From NCBI GenBank assembly GCA_028534125.1, contig CM052821.1:56978001-57042000 (forward strand): a stretch of DNA of 64,000 bases. The letters run 5' to 3'. The position numbers and the translations under genes are program-made. This document shows positions 41,501-52,324 of this stretch, in pieces (within the stretch, counting starts at the first letter, position 1; the number at the start of each line of letters is the position of its first letter). Below the pieces are notes generated by a model. That model was not told the DNA's origin. It made no database searches and saw nothing but the letters and a program-made list of their open reading frames with translations. Source of the stretch: Lama glama (taxonomy: Eukaryota).

Positions 41501-44500
41501 ACCAGACTCACCGGGCAAAGGCCAGCTGGCTGCACAGCCACCTAGGAGCAGGGGTGGGGCAAGGCGGGGCTCTAGGGACACACTGACGTCTGTCCTGAGC
41601 CTTGTCTAGTCTGAGCCTTGCGTCAGCACCGGGAGAGGCTCCCACAGGACCCCTCCCAGGTAGAGGATGTCACCTCCTCCTCCCCACCAGCCCTGGCTCC
41701 TGGGGCTGGGTTCCTCCCTGCACCAGCATAGACTGTGGGCCAGAATGCCCACCCCCAGCCCTCCCTCTGCAGTCTGCTGGGTTCTGGGTCTCAGACCTGA
41801 AAAGTCACCCCTGGTGACTGAATGAGAAGTGGCAGTAAGAAGGTCAAAGGCCTGAGACCCAAGGCCAAGGGGAGTATGCCCAGAGAAACCCCAGGACTTT
41901 CCTGCCACCAGTCTTGGGGGGCTCGGTCCCACCTCCCCCATCCTGTGGCCTCCCACTGCTTCCATCTCAGTGCATCCAGGCCACCTCTCAGCCCTCTTCT
42001 GAGGCCTGCAGTCACCATCACTACGATCTCTATCCAGCCCTTGCCCTCAAGGTCTCCTGAGCTCGCCTGGCAAAGCCCAGGGCTGTGTGCTGTAGCCCCT
42101 CCGTCCCTCCCTCCCTTCATGACAACAGCAGCCCCTGCCGTGTGGGTGCTGACCCAGACTGGGATCCCCACCCTCCCATCCCAGTCACTGCCTCACCTTG
42201 TGAAGAGAAAAACTCAAAAACGTGTTTCAGTAAGTTATTGTCATTCAAGAATAACTGCCTAGGCCCAGCAGCACAGCCAGCTCCTCAGCCTCCTCCTGCC
42301 TCCCAGGTCCTCAGGGCAGATGGTGGGATTCAGTAGGTCCTCATGCCCCATACACCCCTCCACCACCATGCTGCAGGAGGCACCTCTCTCATCCAAGCCG
42401 ACCCTCCTGAGTCTCGGCTACCACTGTGTTCCACCTGGACTCGGCCTGAGCCCCTCCCTGGTTTCCCTACCCCAGGCTGACCCATGTCCCTCCTCTGCAC
42501 AGCACTCCTCTGGATCAGAACAGCTCAGGGCCTCCACTGACTTCCCCATGCTTGTGGGGCAGCCTCCATGGGTCTGCTCACCTGCCCTGTCTGCTCAGCC
42601 CGAGCATTTCCTGCGTGCCGTGTGCTGGGGACCCGGGGACAAATCTCCACCCTCCAGGGTCCAGGACCCCTGTGGGGCCCCCAGCAGCTGGTACACGGTG
42701 GCCTCAGCCAGCCCCTGATGAGCAGATGAAAGGGGCTGGCACTTGGGCAAGTGTGGACACCCTCCAGAGGTGACCTCTCTGGTGGACAGCCCGGGGTCAG
42801 ACTGAGAGGGCCAGGAAGAGGGCATGAGACACCTGGAGGGACCAGATTTGGGCATCCAGAGCTCAAACGAGGCCTCCTGCCCCCATCAGGGCAGGAAGAG
42901 CAGCCCAGGAGGCTGCCCGACCACAAAAGGGGCCCCCGTGTGAGGAGTGGGCAGCCTACACCCCCACCCAAGCTGGGAGAGGCTGGGAGCAGGCCTGTGG
43001 GCACTTGGCTCAGGGGCAGGAATGATGTCTGCCTCCCTGCCTGCCCCAGCCCACCTCCCCTTTTCCAGGCTCACCTCCCAGAGCTGGCTGGACTCTGCTG
43101 GCCAGGGCAGCCTGAGGCTCATGGCGGCTGCGGCTGGCCCGGGACCAGCCCCCGCCCAGAGCCCCCTTCCTGGGCCACACAGGAGGCGGGGAGTGCAGTG
43201 TTGGGGAGGATGGGTGAGGGCCTGAGTGAGCAGGGAGCAAGCAAGGCCTGTAATCTCCCCGTCAGTCTGTCAGCGCCTCGGCGGTCACCCCGACCCCGCC
43301 TCCTCCGTCACAGACGAACCCCACAATTAGCCTGGGGCACTGTGCCAAGCCAGCATGCCAGCCACCACTCACACACGTGACCACACGTGGGCAGGCACAC
43401 ACAGCTGCAATGCTGAAGGGGGTCCTGTAACAGGGGTCCTACCCCGACACTCAAGAGTGTTCCCAGGACAAAGAGCCCCAGACCTCAGCCAGCCCCAGCG
43501 CTGGTCAGCCCAGGATGTCCCGAAGGGCCAAAGCCTGGGAAAGGTGGGGGCAGGCCCATCTGTGCAGAGGCAGCAGCGCAGGGCTGCTCCAGGCAGCTGT
43601 GCAGGTCTCCGTCCAGGCCTGGAGGGGCTCAGGGTGCCTGAGGCGCTGGGCCAGGTCTGGAGTCCAGGCTGAGGGTGGGGCAGTGGGCAGGGCCCCACGG
43701 GAGCAAGCACCACGGGTTTCAGGATGGCAGAGGGACCGGGAGTTTCCAGGGAGGAGACACCCAGCTCAGGCTAAGGCGGGGCAGTGAGTGGGAAGGGGCA
43801 GGCGTGGGGAAGCAAGTTGGCCAGGACTGCCTGGGGGGAGGCGGGCACCTGGGCGCATGGCCGCCCTGTGATGATGGATCCAGGACATAGCCCAAGCTCC
43901 CTGGGGCCAGGCCCAGCCCTCCCCACTCAGAGCTCACTCAGTTCAGCCAGGCGCTGCCACACACAGGGGTCAGGCAGGGACCACCTGCAGGAGGCATTGC
44001 TGGATCTGGGGACAGACCTGCCTGGGTTTCTGCTTCCTGCTACTCCTGACTTCCCATCCTCCATCCTGACATCTTTCCCCAGGTCCTGAGATTGCTGATG
44101 GGGGCCCCCAAATCAGGCCTGAAGCCAAGATGGGCGGGGAGGCCAAGCCCCTCAAGTCCCCTGGACAGTCTAGAGGAGCCACTCCAAGGCTGACAGGGAG
44201 CAGGTGGGCCACGCTGGGGCCCCTCCCTCCCTCCACCTGTCTTCACCCCTTCCAACTCGCCCAGCTGGCCTTCTAACGCTTCCCCCCACCCCCGCCTCTG
44301 GGTGGGGGACGGGCAGCAGCCACCTTCCTTGGGGAGGGCACCAGCCTCACTGCAGCAGTGTCTTGGGTCCTGGTGCTTCTCGAGAGCTCTGAAAACATCC
44401 TGGGGTGGAGGTGGGGACCCAGAGCCCTCACCTCTTTGTGGTCTGAGAGCTACCTCCCGTGTCCAGGCCCACACCACCCTGGGCACTCCAATCCCGACAC

Positions 44501-47500
44501 TCGTGCCGTAGGCTCCCTTGGACCTCAAGACAGACCCATGCTCCTCAGCCTATCAGGACTTTGCTCAGACCTCTTCAACATCCCTCCCCCAGCCCTCGAG
44601 GACCCAGGTGGGCAGGAAGCCAATCACCCTCTTCCCACTGTCTCCCACACTGCACATCTGGTGGTGGCCAGGGACCCCTGGAGCTGCCTCAGCCTTCAGC
44701 AGGAAGCTGGGGACCGGGCAGGGCACCTGGAGGGGAGCAAAGCCCCAGTCGACTTAGGGCCCGTGCCCTACACAGGTGGCCTGCCGGCTCAGGGGCCTGA
44801 GACAACAGCAAAAGGCCAGCAGCTGGAACTATCCCCGCCTCGGGAACAGACAGCCCTACCCGGACGCTGTGTTGACACAGGTGGCCTCCTGAAAGGCTGA
44901 CATCAAACCTTTTTCCTCTTTCTTGCTCTTCCTGAGGAGGGGGCCCAGCTGGGCAGCATCAGGCACAGAGATCTGAGCTCCACACCATGCCTCTCCTCCC
45001 AGAGCCCCCACTGGAACTGCTGGCCAACAGAGCCAGAGGAGCTGGGGACGCTACCCCAGGGGTCGAGTCTCCATGTCCAGGGCCAGGCTGATGGCAGAGC
45101 TGGGGCCAGAACCCAGGCTGCACCCAAAGGCCTCACTCTCCCTCCCCATGGTCGCCAGTCCAGGACTCACCTGGCACCAGCGCAGGGACTGCCAGGTTTC
45201 AGAAACCATGAGATCTCAGGGGCTGGGGATGAGGATGTGAGCAGGTGCCCCCGTCCCGAGCCCAGGAGAGCACGTCCTCTGCCCAGTGCATGGGGGCCAC
45301 AGGCACTCAGGTGGGCCAGTCTCTGTGTGGGAAGGGGGCGCTGAGCTGCAGAGGGTGGACTAGAGAGTGGGAGTCTGTCGCAGGTTCAGGAACACCACAG
45401 AACAGGGTAAGAAGACCCACTTGGGTGGGCACTGGGGGCAGAACAGCAGAGGCCCAGCCCTGTCTTTCAAATGCTCTGCCAGAGGGGAGGGAAGGGCTGA
45501 ACAGCTGTGCCCTGGCCTGGCTGGGGGCTGCAGGACAGGGAGGCTTCTTGCCTGGTCAGCAGGGGGACGGAGTCCTCAAAGCCCCAGGGGCAGAGAAGGA
45601 GCAGTCAGAGGATGTGAAACCACAGAAGGGAAAACCATGCAGGGACCACATGCAGCCTGGACAGAAAAGGGAAGTGCAGTGCCGCTGTGGCCCCCCAGCC
45701 CCCAGCGCCCTCTACCAATTACAGGCCACTGACCTGCCCTTCCCAGCTTGTAATTTGAGACCAAAGACAATTAGAGGCCCCACCCACCCCACCCTGGGCT
45801 CCACCCCAAACACAAACAGCCATTAGCCTGGGGGAAGGACTCTGCTCAGCCCTCAGCCCATCAAGGGACTGGCCCCCAGGGAACCAGCATCACCTCTCAG
45901 AGGGAGGCAGAGGCTGGGGGGACCGCTGCAGACCCTCCTGGCCAGGCTTGGATTCGGGTTCTGGCAGGTGGATCAGCTCACTCCCTCCCCTCACTGGCCC
46001 CAGCTTTACCCACACCCGTGTTGAGGGCAGGCTCTGGGCACCAGCGGTGCTTCAACAGGGAAGAAAGACCTATTCCCCCACTCCCCAGGAAGCCCAGGCA
46101 GGCAGAAAGGACTGAGGCGTGATGTAAGGACTGCTTGCTCACAGGGCAGCCCTTGGGGCAGAGAGCCTGGCATCTTGGCATGGATCTGTCCAGACCCGAG
46201 AAGGGGCCACATGACGGGGCAGGCTCTGGAAGCCACATCCTGTTCTCACCAGTGCAGCCCCTGCCCACACCCACCATCCTTAGGTCCACCGGCTCTGGTT
46301 CCCAGGGTGTGAGTACACAGTAGAGAACAGTTCCCAGGATGGCCCAGGTCCTGGGACGGTGCTAGTGCCTGCATCCACGTTGTCCTAGGGGAGAGGGGCA
46401 CATGCCATATGGATCCCTCCCCAGGCTGCCAGCCCACCCCAGTGCCTTCCCATCCAATCTCTTCTGCTCCATTGGCCTGGGCTGGGGCCAGGGCCCTGGG
46501 TTTACCGTACTCAGCCCCAGCTGCCAGCTCTGCCTCCCAGCGTGGTCCCTGCAGGGGCTACTGGGTGTGTAACTGCACACATGCATACACAGACCCTGGG
46601 AGCCCACATGGCAGAGGCAGCATCCCAGATAACTCCTTGCAGGGACCCACCTCTGGCCTCGGGGCCCTCACCCGCGGGATTGCTCATCTGTGGGATGGGC
46701 TGACAGGTGCCACATCCAAGTGGGGTGGGTATCTGGGGGCGAGGGCTGGGCTCTCTAAGGGGAGCTGTGTGTCAGTCAAGAGGCAGGAGGGTGGCCTAAG
46801 GTTCAGCCCCAGGGAGACCCCAGTGCCCCACCCACTCGAAGCAGCCTAAGTCACACCCCTGCCTGCTCCCATTACCCCAGGGAAGCACCGTGAGTAACCT
46901 GCCCAAGGTGTGTCCATGAACCAGCTCTGGAGAGTTGCCTCAGGGGCCTGGGGCCACAGGGTCTAAGCCTCCGGTGGGGACGGGGGTTTCCTGGCTGGGC
47001 CCCTGCCCCGGGCAGGAGAACAGGGTCCAGGACTCCTTGTGCCCCACTGCCTCCCCGAGAAGGGCCTGGGCCCACCCCAGGCTCGCCTGGCTGGGCCTGC
47101 TGGGGCCGACCTGGGGCGTTCTCCAACCCAAGAGTGACGCATCCCTCCCACCCCGCCCCCGACCGGTCTGAGCAGCCGCGGGAGGCGGTGGAGCTGCCCA
47201 GACTTGCCTGTCCCTCCCTCTGGGGCTCTCAGCCCACGGCCCCGGAAGTGGATCTCTCTCCCACGGCTGTAGCCTCCCCTCTTGGGTGGCTGGACCCGTC
47301 TGGATAATCCAAAATAATTCCTTCTTGGCAGGCGGCCGGCGGGGGAGGGGGAGGCTTGCATTCCAAACCCTTGTTTTTCTCTGTAACTTCCCTCCCCTCC
47401 TGGGACAAGGAGCCTTAGGCCAGACCTCAAGCCTCCCCCTACCCCTCAGATGGAGATGGGCTCCCCACCCATAGGTCCGGTGTGAGGAGGTGAGAGGCTG

Positions 47501-48619
47501 AGATCTGACAACACCACCTGCTTATCCTCAATCTTCTCAGAATTCCTAAAAGCTGACATGCCACAAAACACAACTAGTGGGCCCAACAGGGCCCATGCTG
47601 CCTCTGCACTCCTCGGGGCCCTCACCTCAGAGCAGAGGCAGGACATCCCCCACCCAAGCTGTCCAGCTCTCCGACTCTTGGGTGCACCTCCCCTCTATGT
47701 GGGGTAACGGCTGGGCATGGGGTCAGGCTGAAAGGCCCCCTCCCCCAGGGGCCATGCTCTCCCGTCTCCACAGGGCCTGGCCCTAGGGATGTGGGGGGCA
47801 TAGGGGCTGAACTTAGACATGAAAGGGGGAGCTCCTCAGGGAAGGCACAGGCCCAGAGAGCCCTCTGAGCCCCAGAACCTTCTACTAGCTTTGGGGCTGC
47901 GTTTCACCCTCAGTGCTGCCCCCACCTCAGGCCCAGAGCACAGATAGACACCTTCTGTCCTTTTCAAGTTGCTGGGAAGAGGAGCCCAATGACGTGGCAG
48001 GAAGCTCCGAGGCTCTTGAGCTCAGGGACCCCCCTCAAATCTGCCAAACAACCCTAGCACAGTTGGGAAGGTCCCATCTAGCTAGGAGGGCTTCCTGCAG
48101 GAGGAGGTACATAGAGGTGCAGGACCAGAGTGTGAGGGGCAAGGCCCAGGCAGTGAGTACTGAGACTCCCTGGGTCCCAGAGCGTCCACCCTAACACACC
48201 ACCAACAAACATTGGTAACTGTGAGAGCCGGCTCTGTGGTGAAGCAGGCTCAGGGCCACCAGGACTTCCCAGGAACTGGCGCTGGTGCCGGGCTGCCCCA
48301 AGTCCCAACTCGGAACCCTGCACCCTCCCTCCAGCATGGCCAGGTGCAGACCAGGGGCTCACAGCAGAGTCCTGGCTTATGCCCGCCTCACAAGGCCCCA
48401 GGGGGTGTGGGGGCTGCCAAGGCCTGACCGCAGGGCCCAGCCCCCTGGGGAAAGCCCAGGCTTAGCCACCCCGGAACCAAGGTTGGGTGGGTGCGGGCCT
48501 CAAGCTCTTAGACAACAGGGACGATCTTTGCCCAGAGCACGGATCTCGGTGGCTGGAGGGGTGTGAGGCATGAGCGGGGAGGGAGGGTCGGGAACCAGGA
48601 GGGATCTGAGCGGCTCCAG

Positions 48620-49340
48620 AGGGACGCCCGCGGCGGGAGAGGGCGCGGCGCCAGGCTAGGGACCCTCGGCCTGCCCAGAGCCGCTGCCCAGAGCCGCTGC
48701 CCGGGGCGCCGCAGTCCTCCGCCACCTAGAAGAGCGCGGAGCGGGAGCCGCCCGGCCCCAGCCGGACGGACACACGTACGGCGGCTGAGGCCCGAGTCGC
48801 CCTCCGCGGGGCGGCAGCTGCCCGAGTCGCTGCGTCCCGAGCGCCTCCGGCCAGGACTGAGTGGCGCTGACGGCGAAGCCCCCCACCGGCGCGGCCGCCT
48901 CGCGGGCCTCGTACCCCGTCTCCGTACCTGCACGTCCGCCGCCGAGGCTCGATGGCGCCCGGGCCGCGATCGGCGCTGCGCTGCGGCCCGCGCGGCTGCC
49001 ATGGAGACGGGCCTTTGTGTGGCCGAGGAGGGGCCGGAGCGCGCGGGAGCAGCGGCCCCGCCCCCGGCGGGGGAGAAGGGGAGGGGGAGGGGAGAGGCGG
49101 AGGGGGAGAGCGGCCGTGGGGCGGGAGGGAGGGAAGGGGGACCCACAGGGCTGGGCCCTCCCCACGCGTCCCCCGCATCCTCGGCGCCCAGCAGCCACAG
49201 TGGGCGCGCCACGTCGCCGGTTAGGGTCTCCCCGGTTCGGGTCCAGTTTCGCCCCAGGGGAGCCCAGGTCTGGGCCCTACAGGAGCGCGCCGAGCAGACC
49301 CAGGTCCTCCCCACCCCGCTCCCTCGGGGTTCTCTCCGGA
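48620..49340 (-). promoter_or_regulatory. PLXNB2: CpG island: main PLXNB2 promoter and first exon (donor CAG|GTACGG at 48928/48927)
   Basis: Strongest CpG island upstream of the PLXNB2 CDS, with a minus-strand donor. Confidence 0.7.
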
Positions 49341-50136
49341 GACAGGTGACCCATCGGTACCCCCACACTCAGACTGGAGAACAGGCCGGCCGCACCCATG
49401 CCATTTTGTGGGTTGGGGTCTCCTGGGCCTTGTTCCACAACCTCCTAGGGGAAGAGGGCTCCTGCCCTAGCCCCTGTGCAATACATCCTTGGCCTCTAGC
49501 TGCCTTTCTCCCCACAACCCTGGATGGCCTCTGGCGACCTGTACCCAGGACCCATCAACCTGTCTTTCAGTGCGTGGAGTAGGGTGGTGAGACCCACCCT
49601 CTCCACTGGGGTTCCAGCTTTGAACTAGAGCTTATCCCACTTCTGGCCACTCCAGCCTCTATCTGCCCGGTCCTGAAGTCCCTGAGCCCAAGACCTGAGC
49701 AGAGGTGGGGAACCCCATGGGGCCAGCTCTCCTGTGTGCTCCTGCTGCCTCTCGTGAAGTCTCCCTGCACAAGATGGTGCAGTGAGCAGCAGCTGGGGAC
49801 CCAGGGACTGGGACGCCATCTCCATTCCTGGGGACCTCCCCTCCACCCAGACTTCCCCCTCCCTGCCCACTTCCTCCTGTCTCCCCCGCCACCCCGCCAC
49901 CTGCCCCCCATGCTAAGAAACCCTCAGGGAGGGTCACTCATTAATTTCCTGCTGCCCTCACATCCCCAGCCAGCCAGGCCAAAACAGCACGCCTTCAGCC
50001 CTGAACTGAATCCACACCACAGCCCACCCAACCCCCCATCACAGAGGACCCTAAAGTCACCAGGATCTGACAGGGATGCCAACTTTTTCATCAAAAAAGG
50101 AAGTTGAAAAACAAGTATTGTGTCACAGAAGGGCAT

Positions 50137-50142
50137 TTTAAT
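50137..50142 (-). terminator. ATTAAA poly(A) signal of DENND6B (3'UTR about 2.2 kb)
   Basis: tttaat on + strand, followed on the transcript by a U/GU-rich downstream element (CTTGTTTTTCAAC). Confidence 0.55.
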
Positions 50143-52324
50143 ACCAAAGATGTGGGAAGGCCACCATCCCAGACTAAAAGGGTCTTTAAATAGTGTGCAG
50201 GAAGCTCAGGGGCGAAGCCTGTCCTTCCTGTCCCTGCAGCAGCCCACTGCTGTCCTCCACCCACCCCCATCCTGGGCCACCACCCCAGGCCCACACGCAG
50301 CCCCCACATGCAGGCGGCCTCACACACTGGTCCTCCTTCCCCTCCGGGACCCTGGCGGGGGGAGCTCTGCCTTTTCTGACCCACCTGCCCCCTCCTCTCC
50401 CCTCACTGCCTGCTTCCATCCAGGTGGGGAGACAGAGACTCAGCCAAGCCACAGTTAACCTGATGCTGAGAGGGACACAGAGGCTCCTCGGGGAGAGGGT
50501 GGCGCTGGCAGGACTCCATACCTAGCTCCCCCACCCAGGCTGCACTGTACCCAGAGGAAGAGGGACCCTTCACGGCCTCAGGCTCTCCAGCATAGGGGCT
50601 TCCTCTCTCCTTCAGCTTTGGATTCTGTCCTTGGCAGCACTGCCCACCCTGCCAGGCGTCCCTCCCTGGAGCCCCCACAGCTATCCTGAGGACAGGCCAC
50701 TGTGAAGGACTGCTATGTGGACAAAACCAGAGCCCTCAGGGAGGACACCCGGCATCAGGGGAGTCTGGCTGTGCCTTCCTGGACTGATGGTGGCAAAGGT
50801 CCCAGGGGGCTTCCCAGAGGCCCCCCCCCACAGCCTGTGGTCCCCCAGCTCCCTGTCACATGCAACATCCTGAGGTGACGGCTGGGGCACACCCCTCACG
50901 GATGGCATCGCAGTCATGAGGGGGTCGGGCCAGTTTCCCAAGCCACCCACATGCCTGGCAGCCATGGCCCTTGGGCTCTAGACTAGACAGCCAGGGCAGG
51001 CTATCCAGAGAGGCACTCTGTCCAGAGGGGCACTCAGGGCCCACAAGGTCCTTCCTCACTCCAGGATCTCCAGCTTGTGTCTTCTGCAAAAATGGGTTCG
51101 CTCCCTTCCCTCCCCTATTCTGCTGTCAAGGCAGTCACGGCCCAGACTGGGCTCAGCTGCCTGTAGAACGGGGACATGACAGGCTGTGGTCAGGGCCGGA
51201 CACGCTGACTGTGACAGCTGAGACCAGTGCCTGCCAATTCCAGCCTGGGAGTGGAGGTGTCAGTGAGCGCTCCGGCTGGAGGGGCACAGCCTGCACCCTG
51301 CACCACCTCGCTTTGCTGGGACCCGGCTTAGGGAGCCGCCGAGGCCCACACAGGTGTCTATACCGCTTTGCCTTTCGGATGAGGTGTCTGGGGGTTGGGT
51401 AAGGTTGGACTTACCCAAAGACCTGCAACTCTGGGTCCTCGCCTCAACACCTCTCCCGTGATGGCTAACAGTGCTGCCGTCACCCTGTGCTGAGCTGTGA
51501 CAGCACCAACCACTGCTGGGCCCAGTGCTCCAAGGTGTCACATGGGGGAATGGGTCACCTCTCCGGGCCTTTCCCTAATGGCCAAGGAGCGCGGTGATTC
51601 CAAGCTGCGGTGGCTGTTGAGGGCTCCAGCTGAGGGGCCTGGTCGGGCTAATCTGAAACCCATCTGACTGCACGTGGGGGGCACCTGTCAGCCAAGCACT
51701 GTGGGACAGAGCAGACAGGGCTGGTGCTGGGAGCGGGGTTCCAGGATAGAACGAGGACAAGGCTCTGGACCCTCCCAGCAGCCACCAGGGCCCTGGCGGC
51801 ATCCCAACAAACCACAGGGCAGAGCCCTGCCCCTCCCAGGCCTGCCCCTCCCAGGCTGTAGGAAGGACTCCTCCAGCCTCAGGCAAGACAAGTAGGTGGG
51901 CTGTGTGAGGAGAGGTCTGCCTGTCAGCTGCCTCCTCCTGTCCTGGGCTGGGCAGCCTGGTGGGGCCAAAGGACCCACCAGATACAAGGCCTGGGCTTGG
52001 GCAGATGGGCACCTGGAGGGGGTAGGTGGCCGTGGGCCCAGATCAGATCAGCCAAGGCTCACAGCTGGCCCCACCCCCAGCCTAAGACCCTGTAGAGGGC
52101 AGGTGGGGCCCAGGGGGAGGTGAGGCTCTGGCCAGCACGTGATCTGCTGACAGCCAGGGGCCAGGCTGTGGTTCCAAATGTCACCTTTGCGGCTGGGACA
52201 ATGGTGGTGCCAGGCAGGAAGCCAAAGCCTGGAGCAGCAGGAATTTGGGTGGGGGCACTTGTGCTTGACTGGGGAGAAGGAGGTGCCGGTGGCCACGTCC
52301 CTGGGCCATGCCCCTCGGGCCGAA

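Noticed and set aside
48508-49582. Long ORFs on both strands (339 aa, 286 aa) and similar ones at 14540-15325, 6146-6763 and 61902-62732
   Set aside because: Stop-codon depletion in CpG islands; low-complexity Arg/Pro/Gly/Ala translations with no recognisable domain.
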